Assembly: GCA_964016885.1 (NCBI GenBank)
Contig: OZ024740.1
Location: 359,290,001 to 359,354,000, forward strand
Reading direction: 5' to 3'
From: Eledone cirrhosa
Lineage: Eukaryota
Length of the DNA stretch: 64,000 bases
The translations under genes were made by a program, and so were the position numbers. The notes below the pieces were generated by a model. It worked only from the letters and a program-made list of their open reading frames with translations. It did no database searches and had not been told where the DNA came from. Shown one piece after another: positions 28,396 through 41,522 of this stretch. The first letter of the stretch is position 1, and every line of letters begins with the position of its first letter.

Positions 28396-29312
28396 CAAGG
28401 TGTGTCAGAAACGTTCCAGGACTGATGTCACAAAAGATTTATTTCAAACCCAAATTTCACACTAAGAGTTTTCTCCTTCAAAGTAATCCCCCTGGAGTCT
28501 AATGCACTTTTCCATCCTTTTCTTCCACGCTTGCATGCACTCCTGGAAGGATTCTTCCGGGATCCTGCGCAGTTCCGTCGTCACGGCCTTTTTGCCGTCG
28601 TCCACGTCTTAAAAACGGGTCCCCTCCGGGTTCTACTCGAAGATCCATGACTCATCACCGACGATAACTGTCCCTAGCAAGTCTTGTTCGGTTTCAAGAC
28701 GCTCGAGGATGTCCTGGCACACTTGCATGCGTCGACCCTTCTGGGCATCGTTCAGCAGTTTTGGCACCATCTTCGCGCAGACTTTCCGCATGTCCAAATC
28801 TTCAGTGAGAATCTTCCAGACGCTGTCCCGATTCATACCCAGCTCATTTGCCATCAGTCGAACAGTCAGCCGACGATCGCCACGTACCAACTGCCTGACG
28901 CGCTCAACGTTGACCTCAGTCCTTGTTGTTGAGGGCCTTCCGCTCCTGGGGTCATCTTCGACGTCCTCGCGTCCTTCTTTAAACCTCTTGCACCACTCAG
29001 AAACACGTGAGCGTGACATCGTCTCATCTCCATACACTTGCTGCAGCAATCGCAGTGCTTCTGACGGAGTTTTCCCCAACCGTACCAGAAACTTCAAGTT
29101 TGTTCGTTGCTCTGTGCTCATTGCTTGACGACCTAAAACAGAGGACATGTATATAAAATTATGAAGAAAAAAGTTTGATCGCTGCAGAGAGCTAAGATTA
29201 CAGTTACATACTCCAGGAGGATTACTTTCAAGGAGAAAACTCTTAGTGTGAAGTTTGATTTTGAAATAAATCTTTTGTGAAATCAGTCCTGGAACTTTTC
29301 TGACATACCTCG
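28396..29312 (-). mobile_element. Internally deleted mariner with about 100-bp terminal inverted repeats
   Basis: ORF 28633-29148 has mariner HTH (QRTNLKFLVRLGK, DDPRSGRP, KMVPKLL) and GDESW; catalytic core deleted; TA flanks. Confidence 0.92.
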
Positions 29313-29320
29313 TATATATA

Positions 29321-29658
29321 TATTAGGATTGGTGCTCTGAAATAGCGATCAATGTATGTATAGTATTTCAGAGCACCAATCCTAATACCTAATCTTTACT
29401 GGACCGGCAATCGCTCTGTATAATCAGCTCCTGATTATTACTGGAATTCTATAAGAATCCAGCTTCTATAATTTTCAGCGAAAGCAGGAGAGTACATGGC
29501 TCTGATCAATGCCAACCAGCGTGAAACAGACTGTCAGCTTCTCTCCCTTCTTACACCGAAAAGAAGTAAGTGACAGAGTCACTACTTTAAAACTGATAGC
29601 GTATGGTCTTCTAAATGTTTTTAATTAAACATACGGTATATTGCCAAATATACATACA

Positions 29659-29660
<2 letters not shown>
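29321..29660 (+). mobile_element. PLE-type LTR fragment with short inverted tail and degenerate hammerhead (29498-29538)
   Basis: tattaggattggtgctctgaaata / tatttcagagcaccaatcctaata inverted; ggct-CTGATCA-atgc...gcgt-GAAA-cagactg-TC-agct. Confidence 0.6.
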
Positions 29661-29733
<73 letters not shown>

Positions 29734-29739
<6 letters not shown>

Positions 29740-30400
29740 AGGAAAAGCGAAGTAGTTTCAGATGTTCAAGTCCTTTAATAATAATGCTGTGATATATATT
29801 TCAATGGCGAAAGTGGCCACACTGTTCTGTCGGCCAGTCTCGCGACATCGTCAGACAGCTTGTTACATAATAAGGTTATGTTTCCGAGGCAATCCAAATT
29901 TAATCGACATGGGAACGGACGATGTATGTGCTTTTGGGTTCTTCATCCGTTCCCCTGTGAGTACCAATTCACCCCCACTGGTCTGCGCATGCGCAGGTCC
30001 AGGGGGCAGTTGACCATTAGCTACCGCAGATTTAAACGAAATTTGCTTAGTCAGTTCCCTCTCTCAGCCAGACAATGACCCATTCAAGCCTGCACCATAG
30101 TTTACTGCTACCCATCCCGTCTGTGGCAGTCAGCCGAAAGCCAATGGGGATGGGAGAGTGTTTGTATTTACAGGTTTCTATACTACCTCTCACAATCATG
30201 GACAGTATAACTGACCATCAACCCCTAAGAGGATATATTTAATTCTATGTATCATAGTTTCATATTGGAAGTTATAAGTTAAATTAGAACTAAAAATTAC
30301 AATTTAAAATCGAAAATCCTAAATCAAGTATCAGAAATTATAAATTACAAAATTAACAATTAGAAATTAAACAATTAAAGTTTTTCAAGTGAGAATCGTG
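29734..30400 (-). mobile_element. Diverged copy of the 14.7-15.4 kb PLE-type LTR
   Basis: ORF 29762 mirrors ORF 14357; collinear with the spacer and right arm. Confidence 0.85.
29786..29859 (-). ncRNA. Type I hammerhead ribozyme motif
   Basis: gctgt-CTGACGA-tgtcgcgagactggcc...ggccactttcgccatt-GAAA-tatata-TC-acagc. Core conserved, stem II sequence changed but still paired. Confidence 0.85.
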
Positions 30401-30689
30401 ATTGAGGTGAGTAAAAAAATTATCGAGAGATATTTAAGTAAGAAGTTCTGAAATGGGTCCTAATGTTACACTATCTACATATTGAACCATGGTGCCGTAC
30501 AGTAGAACTGAGGGTAAATTACAGTATTACGGGTAGTAGTCAATCGGGTACATAGTCGTAATTTCCAACACATGGAACAAAATCAACAAAAACATATATA
30601 AAGTACACAAAAGAAAGGAACCAATGAATGAATAAATGAATGCATGAATTAGTGAATGAATGAATGAATGAATGCAAAAACACAGAGTA

Positions 30690-31632
30690 CAGGTCCCATT
30701 TGTATCATTGTTTACCATTTTTCCCCATTTGGTTATGGCTCCTCTATATACTCTGATTTTATCTCTCTGATTGTATCCAGAGAACTGCATACGGTGGATG
30801 AAGTGTTGTATGTGTCTCTCTAGTTCTTTGGGGTTGCACATGCGGGACACGTTTCTCATCACCCGTACAAAATCCGCAATCATAAAAACACTTATTAGCA
30901 ATACATACCCTTTTCAAAGACCCCCTGTATAGATAAGAAATGTATAATCTGTAAACTGAGCCCCCATATTAACTGTAAAACTAGAAATGTAGTATATAGC
31001 ATAAGATGTACTGAAAGACAATGTAGAGATAAGAATATAGTGTACATAGGTGAGACAGCTCGTAGTATAGGAGAACGGATAAATGAACACTGGCGAGAGT
31101 TTCAAGATAGTAAAGAATCATCTGTACTCCACCAACATGCTAAAATAGAACATCAGGGTAAATTAGAGAACATAGAAATAAAAATAGAATCTACACACAG
31201 AAAAGACAAATTTAGACAAATCACAGAGGCAATAAACAGCAACATCACAACTTACAATTAAGGACAAAATGAAAACACACACACACACATAGAACAAACA
31301 ACCAACCAGTAACATGTAAATAAATAAATATAAACACACACAGACACCCGGATGCGCAAACTAAGCACACAACACACACAAAAACAAGATGGCGTAGGAC
31401 AGAACAAAGGAGAGGCACAAAAACAAAGAAAAGAATCCCCAGTCACTGAAGAGGTCACAGAATGTGAGACGAAAGAACTTTGACAATATATGAACAATCG
31501 TCTGGTTGTGGAACCAACCAACCAACCGGAAATGTATAAATTCCTAAATGTATAAATTTAATTTATAATAAATTGAAGTGAAAGCAACTGGTGCGCGTGT
31601 TTCTTATTGGCAACATGACCCTCCCAAAGTAT

Positions 31633-31637
<5 letters not shown>
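30690..31637 (+). mobile_element. Naiad-like PLE fragment with 5' inversion: RT thumb on minus (30690-30880), Cys linker + GIY-YIG + pLTR on plus
   Basis: VRVMRNVS...MQFSGY (minus); CIDKKCIIC...NVVYSIRC...YIGETARSIGERINEH (plus); ends gtataacaat(AT)n. Confidence 0.85.
31442..31484 (+). ncRNA. Minimal hammerhead ribozyme motif in PLE pLTR
   Basis: gtca-CTGAAGA-ggtcaca gaa tgtgagac-GAAA-gaac-TT-tgac. Confidence 0.8.
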
Positions 31638-31705
<68 letters not shown>

Positions 31706-31992
31706 TATGTAGGATATATAGCTATATGCATATATATGTACTATCAAAGTACCCGTCGAAATCCCTGTTAATTTAATAATTCCTTGATTGCAGCAGTATC
31801 ATATATATACTCACTAATACTAATACATATCTATCTTCAGTCAGCTATTTCGATTCGTGCTTTGTTGTTGGTGTTGATGAAGGTCTGTCCGGAGATTGAT
31901 ACATTGGTAAATATGCATAAATATATAGATCGATAGATATACATATACTGACAGATAGATGCATACCTACATACTTACATACATGCATACAT

Positions 31993-32381
31993 AGGTAGGT
32001 AGGTAGGTAGGTAGGTAGGTAGGTAGGTAGGTAGGTAGGTAGGTAGGTAGGTAGGTAGGTAGATAGGTAGTTATGTATGTGGGTATGTATGTAGGTAGGT
32101 AGGTAAGTAGGTAGGTAGGTAGGTAGGTAGGTAGGTAGGTAGGTAGGTAGGTAGGTAGGTAGGTAGGGAGGTAGGGAGGTAGGTAGGTAGGTAGGTAGGT
32201 AGGTAGGTAGGTAGGGAGGGAGGTAGGTAGTTAGGTAGGTAGGTAGGTAGGTAGGGAGGGAGGGAGGGAGGGAGGGAGGTAGGTAGGTAGGTAGGTAGGT
32301 AGGTAGGTAGGTAGGTAGGTAGGTAGGTAGGTAGGTAGGTAGGTAGGTAGGTAGGTAGGTAGGTAGGTAGGTTGGTAGGTA
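31993..32381. repeat. (TAGG)n/(GAGG)n microsatellite
   Basis: Directly visible. Confidence 0.95.
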
Positions 32382-32893
32382 GATAGAGACAGATAGTGAC
32401 AGCTAGCTAGACAGACAGATACATAGGCAGATAGAGAAGTAGTTGATTAAATAGATAGACAGGCCTACATACATCCATAAGGATAGCGACACACAGATAG
32501 AAAAAAATATTAACAGACAAACAGATGGATAGATGATGGCTGCAAACTCTGAGTTTGGTTCACAATGTGGCTGAAAAGGAAATGGAAAAGATCAATAAGT
32601 ATGCAGACCTTCAGATGCTATTAGGACTGATCACAATCTACAGACAGATATCGTGCCAATCGTCACCAAAGAGCTAGATACGGCCCCTAAACGCCTTACG
32701 TCATTCATCAAAAGATTTGGGATCACCGTCTTCATAGACAGTACCCAAATTTCTAACATCCCTAGCACTGGCAGAATCCTACGCGATATATTGAGCCTCT
32801 GAAATCAGAGACTGATCTGAGGCCAATTAATACGCTTCACCTCGCAACTCATTGCAAGAGAAACCTTACAAAAGTGAAAAAAAAAAATTACTA

Positions 32894-33100
32894 TTGGCAG
32901 CATCGATAGAGCGTTGGACAATATGCTTTTCGGTCTAGAGTTACGTCTCTTTGCGTTCTAAGTTCAAATCCCGCCGAGGTTAGCTTTGCTTTTCATCCTT
33001 AGAGGGTCGATAAAATAAAGTACCACTAATGCACTGGGGTCGATTTAATCGACTTTCCCCTTCCCAAAAATTGCTGGCCTTGTGCCTAAATCAGAAACCA
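32894..33100 (+). mobile_element. SINE family A
   Basis: B-box gttcaaatccc plus conserved central block and 3' tail. Confidence 0.8.
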
Positions 33101-33499
33101 TTATTATTGTTATTGTTGTTGTTTTCTATTTCTCACACTACTTACCACAGCCACTGCTACCTTACCTTAATTTTAATCTTGATATTAAATTTAAATTTAA
33201 TTTTAGCTCTTTTTATTAACTCCATGTCACTACTTTCATCAATTCAAAATTTCAGGAAAATTATTTTTGATGGCATCGTATGCTTTTCAATTTCCATTTA
33301 AGTCGCAACATAGTAATTGGTTGAAATCCAGTTGCTTATTGTATATCGATGTAAAATATTGTATTTAAATAAAATGTCATTTTATTTATATAAATATTTC
33401 GCATAGTAAATTATGAGAAAATGGTTTTTTTTAAATAAATAATAAAAAAGATGGAAGGAATGGGTAAATTCTACACCTCTCTCTAAGCGATATATACCA

Positions 33500-33870
33500 G
33501 TTACGCCTTACGGTCAAGAGGCCGAATTGCCGTGGAGACATCCTCTACATCACTTCCCCAAATGGGAATACACTTCTCCCATTTTTTGTGAAGGAAAACA
33601 ACAGTTTGAGGACCGAGGACACGGAAAGTCTTGACGGTGATCTGCATAAAAAGGAAACGGTCGGTTAAGTCTTGATATTTGGATACCTTCAGCTCCTCTC
33701 CGTTACAAGCGGCAGTGCTCGTGTTTGTGGCAGAAGTGTCAAGGCTGGAGGTGGAGAACGTGTTGCAGCATGTAGTATGCCAGATTAGAAATTTACCCAC
33801 TCGAATGGGAAAACAAATATCCCGTCCAAGCGCATCATATCACTATGGTCAACGTTGGTAGGCTCCAGGT
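33500..33870 (-). pseudogene. CRE-like RLE non-LTR retrotransposon relic
   Basis: GKFLIWHTTCCNT...AACNGEELKVSKYQDL...VKTFRVLGP resembles the C-terminal RLE motif of CRE-clade elements. Confidence 0.55.
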
Positions 33871-33948
33871 GTGAACGGAAACTACTTAATATTTAATTTA
33901 TTTATATTTAGTTACCACTCCTATTTTTATTTTATTTTTCTGTTTGTT

Positions 33949-34020
<72 letters not shown>

Positions 34021-34030
34021 CTTCTTTCTT

Positions 34031-34113
<83 letters not shown>

Positions 34114-34259
34114 GGGTGTATCTCTATTACTATTTCTATATTCCTAGAGCTTAACTCCAATTCTTCCTCCTCTTACGAACCCATTCAGCCCCATTGCTTC
34201 TTCCCCTCTTACTACGGCTTTTTTCTATATAAACTGTCTCTCCACCCCAATAGAATAGA

Positions 34260-34520
34260 CATTACAATACAAACATAATAGTACCACTGGTGATGTCACA
34301 AGTGTGTGATGAAATAACTTTGATAGACTATATATATACATTTATATCTGTATTTTTAACCGTTGGTCAATCAATGATAAACATTGATTGTCAGCTAAAT
34401 TAACTATAGAGATATAAAATATACAGAGGTGAAAACCAATCCAAACCAAACAGTGAATGCGTTTTATTATTATTTGTGGCAATATTATAACAATATGACC
34501 CTCCCCAGATATAACAATAT
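34260..34520 (+). mobile_element. Naiad-like pLTR fragment (hammerhead core mutated)
   Basis: Collinear with 13610-13875; core reads ctggtga. Confidence 0.75.
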
Positions 34521-34562
34521 ATATATATTGAAAGATATAGATATATATGTATGTATGTATGT

Positions 34563-35011
34563 ATGTATAGACATTTCGTATTTCTAAAGAAACACGGTAT
34601 GTTTACAGATAAAATTTAGGAAGCCGTAGCTATGCAAATACCGTTGGCGCAACTTAGAATAGAAATAGGATTTCGCTTCAAGCTAAGTTGAGCCAACTTA
34701 TACAGCTGCATATGCAATTGAGATTAATCACCTCATTTACACAGACGAGAAAACTATATATTCTCGACTGTTCTCAAGTCCAGCAGTTGCAAGCGGTAGG
34801 AGGGACCGTCCTGATGAAGGTCAGTCAAGCCTGAAATGCATAGACGGTTGCCCCCCTTGCTTCTGCTGGACACCACGAGAAGACCCTAGCCCCGGAGTTT
34901 GCATAGCTACGGCTTCCTAAATGTTTCCTGTAAACATACCGTGTTTCTTTGGAAATACGAAATTTCTATACATATTTGTATAAAGCTATGCTTGAAGCGA
35001 AATCCTATTTC

Positions 35012-35015
<4 letters not shown>
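34563..35015. mobile_element. Fold-back PLE-type insertion with two inverted blocks, ending in (TA)n
   Basis: 34566-34638 inverted at 34898-34975; 34658-34683 inverted at 34990-35015; relative at 23770-23955. Confidence 0.75.
34805..34848 (+). ncRNA. Minimal type I hammerhead ribozyme motif
   Basis: accgtc-CTGATGA-agg...cct-GAAA-tgca-TA-gacggt. Perfect 6-bp stem I, palindromic stem III. Confidence 0.9.
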
Positions 35016-35087
<72 letters not shown>

Positions 35088-36170
35088 ATCAAAGCTTAAT
35101 TGTACACTGATATAAAATGTATTCACTCTACATTAACATACTAAAAGGAAAACACCTCACTATCTGATTAATGTCATGTAATATACTGATATACTGGTGT
35201 TCCCATCAATTGATTATATTTACTTGTTTTTTCTAGTGGGGGGAGGGGGGTAAATATTCATGATAATTCGGAGTAAAATGTAAACCTTCTCGATTTAACT
35301 CTATTAGTTTCAATTTCCGGTCAAAGTCACTTCCCTTCTTTTACATAATTGCTCTTGTGAAAGACCTAAGAACTACAACAGCTAGTTTTCCTTGAACATG
35401 TGTTTTACCAACAGAAAATATTATTTGTATTTATATATTATTTTAGCCCTTCATCCGAAATATGAATGCATTAAATAAAGTTATATTTGTACGTGCCATT
35501 GTTACTTGTATTTTAGATGAACGCTATTTTCATTAACCTCATGTATTCTGTATCATTGGAGCGTAAATTGTTGGCGTTTATTTATGGCAGGAAAGCAACG
35601 GGCATTAGATTCTATTAAAAGGTTTTTCCTTCAGGTCTACTGATATTGATTTCTCTATTTCGTTTCGCTCTGCTACACATTCAATTCGTTGGCAGTAATA
35701 ACAAGATTTATCATAGTATTCATCTACTTACAATAAATCCCTTCGACGGCTTCTTCTTTGTGTAGAAGATTGGTATTTGAAGGAAAAGAGTATTATCTAC
35801 TTAAGCTAACCCGGTATATTCCTAATAGATATTTTATAGACTGAATAGAAATGAAATGCAAAGAAGATACTGTTGCATACACTGCAAAGAGACATTAAGT
35901 CATATATAGTATGGTGGTGCAATGTGAGTGCCACGTTATCGCCTTTCTAAGTTCTGAGAGTTGATTGTTTAACTGCTTCGTTTATCAAAATTTCACATTT
36001 TGTTGACAAGATTGAAAATTTGTTCTGGTGTATTGTAGAATTGATTTTACATACCTCGTGATGTTGATCAGTTCCAGATAGGATAAGAAAAATAACAATC
36101 AACTCAAAAGACCAAAACATAGAATTTAGTCCACCTCACCATCAGTTCTTTTCACTAATCATATCTGCAG

Positions 36171-36204
36171 TATCGGGAATATGCTGTTTACCACGTAGAA
36201 AAAG
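36171..36204 (+). CDS. Candidate host micro-exon (YREYAVYHVEK)
   Basis: ctaat branch-like site, ctgcag acceptor, AG/GTAAAC donor, open frame; no homology recognised. Confidence 0.2.
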
Positions 36205-36605
36205 GTAAACCCCTTGCGGACCGATTCCCAGAGCCGGCTTCAATTTGTATTTGAAATTAAACCACTGTAACTACACCATTAATATCTTTAAAAAATTCAG
36301 TTAATATAACAATATCAATCTTTTGTCTTATCTTATTTCCTTGACCTTTAACTCAGAAATCAATGATAGCAATAATTTTCAGAGGTTAATGCAAATGAGA
36401 AGTTAATGCTGATTTCCTATTCATACATATTTAACTTTACTTTCGCCTATGATGCACTATGATGTCAAGACATACAGCGGAGGCAGCCTTAATGATTCTC
36501 GGGTCAAAAGAGTTGATAATTTATTTAATAGATAACAATTCTAATCACGAAAGATCAAGCAGTGAATAATTTGCTTCATTTATAGTTTTAAGGTATGAAT
36601 GAAAT

Positions 36606-36696
<91 letters not shown>

Positions 36697-36717
36697 ATAT
36701 ATACATACATATATATA

Positions 36718-37098
36718 TGGTGGCTGCCAACTCGTTTTCGAGTACGGCCACTACTTTATATCCATGTAGGAGAACCCCTACCGATGCGCTGAAAGAGTGT
36801 GACTTTTTAGTCAAGCCAGCGACTTGAAATCTCTGGTACAAACACTACGCTTGTGACAATTATTGACACATAGTGCTGGGCCTGTGGTACCATGTGACGA
36901 CAAGTGCAGAGAGATCTCCAGATATAAAGCAATGCCTGTGCCGTGAAGCTGTTATAGTGAGCGAAGGCACTGCACAAAGCCAGTCCCACTCTCTTAACCA
37001 AGATGATATTTACCAAAAAGAAGAACAAGTCAACATCATTGGGTACCATCAGGGTTGCAGGTGTTATAGCAGAGTTTTCCTTCTCTTAGAATTCTGCC
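36718..37098 (-). mobile_element. Non-autonomous RTE-derived element, 5'-truncated
   Basis: Near-identical to 53740-54120 and 55390-55770. Confidence 0.85.
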
Positions 37099-37200
37099 TA
37101 TACATATACACACATATATACATACATATATATATATACATACATACATATATATATATATACGTACATACATATATACAGACATACATATACTATACAG

Positions 37201-40200
37201 TCAACGTGATCAGTCGCATATTTTGGCGTGGGAGACTATTTATTAAATTTAAGATGAATACTATCTCCGACAGTAATGTCACAACTACAGTCATGTTGAA
37301 TAACTGGTTATTCTTCTAACTATATCTTCTGAAGACACTTTTTATTCGAATTCGTAGAAATATCCGACTAAATACATAATTCATTTTACAAGGATTTGCT
37401 ACAAACAGCATGGCTGAACACAACATCAACAACAAGATTAAGGAAGTACCGAAGACGACCAACAAGAAAGGTAAACAAACGTTATTCAGTTGTAGCTACA
37501 GAAGAAACTGAAATTATAAATCGCATTTCTCTTGGAGTTGCGAATTTAATAATGATTTATTTAATTGTTATAAAATGGCAAAAAACAATCCCTCCATTGG
37601 CTATATGAACAGAATGAAGCTACACTGGGACGAAATACACCCAGAGCTAAATTATTTCACAGCGAAACAATTACGCCAACAAGCGACGTTTGTTGAACGT
37701 AAAAATAAGATAAATATTATTAATTGTAAGTCCCCCACAACAAACATGCTATCAACAACACGTGCTACAGGTCGCCATGCTACTAGACTTCCTAGCAGCC
37801 AGGTCGAACAGCGCCTTGAAACAACTATGCCTGTATGAAACTTGACACCACCTGTACCATCTAAGTCTACCTCGAATGCTGGAGAAAACACTATCGATAA
37901 TAATAATAATCGAAGAAATAATAATAATAATCGAAGAAATTTGACACCTAGTGTACCATCCGAGTCTACCTCGACTGTTGTGGAAAATACTATCGATAAT
38001 GATAATAATTAAAAGTCTAAACAATTGAAAATTTCCCTCAACGAAATCTTCCAGAGAGAAATTAATTCATGTATAAATATCTCTCTTGCTGAAGGTATTA
38101 AAACGACAATGTTTAATAAAAAAACCAAATAATTAAATATTACGTGTTATTGACGAAATAGGGGATGAATATTTACGACGGATAAAACCCCAACATTTTG
38201 TAAAATCAACGCCTATTTGTATGCCTTAGCAACAACAGTGAAGCATTATCTTGGTGATAGCAGAGATATTAACAAGAACAGAACACCACCAAAAATACCA
38301 TCATATATAACTAAAATAGAAAAAGAGATTGCTGATCTGCGAAAAACCATAGGATATGTGACAATGCTCCTTACATGCAAACAAACACAGAAAAACCTCA
38401 CTCCTCACCAACAAAGAGTAAAAAATAAAATAGAGACGATGTTTGGTAACGGTAGAACCAGAAATCTTCAATATAAGCTGATCACCCTCAAACAAGAATT
38501 GAGAGCTTGTAGCGAAAAACGCCGATGTCTAAAGAAGGTAGATGAAATAAAAGTGCTTAATAAAAGATTCAGACGAAACCAAACATCAGTCTATAGAGAT
38601 ATGAAGGGCAAAATAATAAGTGTCCCTGAGGCTCCATCCCAGAAAGACATAGATTCCTTTTGGAGAAAAATATGGGGTGAAAAGAAGAATTTCAACCAAG
38701 ATGCAGTGTGGTTAAGAGAAATCCGAAAACATACGAAATAAGTGAGGGTTCCCTTGAGACTGTGATAGGAAAACTCCAAGAAGAGACATGATTGTCGGCT
38801 ACTGGTACAAAAAAGTGATATTCTATCGGAGGTATCTTACTGACCTCTACCAACAAGTTCTTAAGGGAGATACACTTATACCAGAATGGTTGACATTAGC
38901 ACAAACATTACTGGTCCCAAAGAACAAAGACACCCACTTGGCAAAAAACTACCGACCCATTGCATGCCAGAACCTGATGTATAAGATGTATACAGCCTGC
39001 TTGAAGCTATTCCTCCAAGATCACTGTGAAAATAATAACATCATCACAGATGTACAAGCAGCTGGAAAGAAAGGGGTTTGGGGATGTGCTGAACAACTCC
39101 TAATCAACAAAACTGCGATGTCGGAGGTGCGACAACTTAGGAGGAATATGGCTACAGTCTGGCTGGACTACAGGAAAGCTTTCGATTCTATTCCCCACTC
39201 TTGGATGATAGAGGCCCTCCAACTTGCTAAAGTCCCAGAGATTATTGTCAGAGCCATAGAGAAGCTGTCTTCTTCTTGGGCTACTATACTAAGGTTAATG
39301 ACAGAGAGGGAGGACTCTATTTTCACTGATAAAATAAAATATTGCAGGGGAATATTTCAGGGGGACAGTCCCTGTGATATTATTCATCTTGTCATTAAAC
39401 CCCTTGTCCTTTCTGCTCAAGAAATGTGAGGGATACATCACTGGCACACAGGAGGACAGAAATACGAACCTAACCTATAATTTCTTTGTGGACGATCTGA
39501 AACTCTATGCCAAGAACATGGATGGGATGATGACAAATCTTGACCTGGTTACAACGTTCTCAAAGGATATAGGAATGGGGTTTAGCCAAGATAAATTCTT
39601 ATACATGACTGTAAAGCGGGGCAAAACAACAATCCAATCTAGCAACATTGTCATCAATGGCCTAACAGTTTCACTGATATCTGATGAGGACTGCTACAGA
39701 TACCTGGCGATAGATGAGAACATATCCTATAATGGTATCTGTAATAAAGAACGCGTAACCAGGGAATACTACACCCGATTAAGAAAGATCTGGTCATCGG
39801 AACTCTCTGCGCAAAACAAAACAGTGGCTCACAATGTGTTTGCTGCGCCTGTCCTAACACCAACGTTTGGAATACTCAATTGGATGGTAGACGAAATCCG
39901 AGCAGTTGATGTTGGAACTCGAAAAATACTAAACAACACTGGAAACTTCCACATCAACAGTGACATAGACCGCATTTACTTGAAACGTAAGCAGGGGGCA
40001 GAGGCCTAACATCAGTCCAGACAACATTTGAATGTCGCATCATATCTCTCCGACAACATCTACGAACCTCAAAACGTAGGAGCCCGTTTCTTGAGCAAGT
40101 CTATCTGAATGAAATAGATAAGATCATGAGAATTGGGAAGGAACTCCTCGAGAGATATTCCCTGTGTGATAATCAAAACTCACACCCAGGGAAGTCGCTC

Positions 40201-41278
40201 AGCAGTATCGCAGTGAATCCATGGATGAAATACTGCATGCTTATCAGCGAAAAATCATGCATGGATATGTTGCCAGGAAGCTCCAGAGTGAGAGTAATAT
40301 AGATAAGGAAAATAGTCTATCTTGGACCAACAACCGCTATATTGGCTCCCACTTTGAAGGATACGTTTTTGCAATCCAAGAACAGGAGATTAACACGAAA
40401 TACCTGATTCACAAAAGAGATAGGGATGCAGGCAAAACACCTAGATATGATAACAAGTGCAGACTCTGCAAAACTAACATCGAGGATATCACCCATGTCA
40501 TCAGCAGCTGTCCAAAGATGTCATCGCGGTACTATTTACCTATGAGGCATGATGTAGTGGCCAAAACACTGTACAATGCAGTTCGTAAAAAAGATAGCCC
40601 CGATAATAAACACATTAAAAGCTACAGCAATGTGGAAGACATCCATGTACATAATATGAAAGAGTACTGGTGGAATGTTCCAGTAAAATCCCCAATAAAA
40701 TGCAGGCATAACAAACCAGATATTATGATATGGGACAGGGAGAAGAAAGCATGCACAGTAGTGGAAATTAGCTGCCCAGCAGATGCCAATATAATATCAA
40801 AAATTAGCGAAAAGGAGAATATTTATGCAAAACTGATGAGAAATCTGCAGATACTCCACCCTGATTACACCTTCAGATTTATGCCTGTGATTATTGGGGC
40901 ACTGGGGTATGTTAGTAATGCCTCAATACAAATCTTGAGAAGCTAGGCTTCACAGGAACAGAAAGAACACAACTAGTTAGGAAATTACAAGTACAATCCA
41001 TTAATGGAACAGTAAAAGTATGTAAAACATTCCAAAGATTTTGCATCTAATAACTGCATATACACATGTACAGATACAAGGCATATACACATGCACACAT
41101 ACAACTCAAAACATACACATCCACACATACAATAACATCCATATCTACACATGCATGCATACATACATATCTACCTAGTTGATGTTGTGTAAATTCCAAT
41201 GAGAAGTCTTGTGTCCATGTTAGAAACCGACTCTCTCTCTATTGGTAAAACTTTGTGAAATTATAAAACCAGAAGAAC
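37201..41278 (+). mobile_element. Near full-length R4/Dong-clade non-LTR retrotransposon (RT, CCHC knuckle, RLE), frameshifted
   Basis: NYRPIAC, WLDYRKAFDSIPH, GIFQGDS, FFVDDLKL, CRLC...HVISSC, KPDIMIWD...VVEISCP; (CATA)-rich flanks. Confidence 0.95.
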
Positions 41279-41298
41279 ATACATATACATACATATAT

Positions 41299-41489
41299 AT
41301 TGTTTCTACTTTTGGCACAAGGCCAGCAATTATCCCAGTGCATTACTGGTACTTTATTTTATTGACCCCGTAAGGATGAAAGGCAAAGCTAACCTTGGCG
41401 GGATTTGAACTCAGATCGTAAAGGCCCGTAACTCCATGCTGCAAAGCATGGCGTCCGATCCTCTAACGATACTCCCAATCCACGACCCT
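41299..41489 (-). mobile_element. SINE family A
   Basis: Full head and central block. Confidence 0.85.

Positions 41490-41521
<32 letters not shown>

Positions 41522-41522
<1 letters not shown>

Noticed and set aside
39681-39710. CTGATGA as a hammerhead core (also 3593, 4229, 12742, 31875)
   Set aside because: 39681 is inside RT coding sequence; the others lack GAAA or stem I and are too degenerate to call
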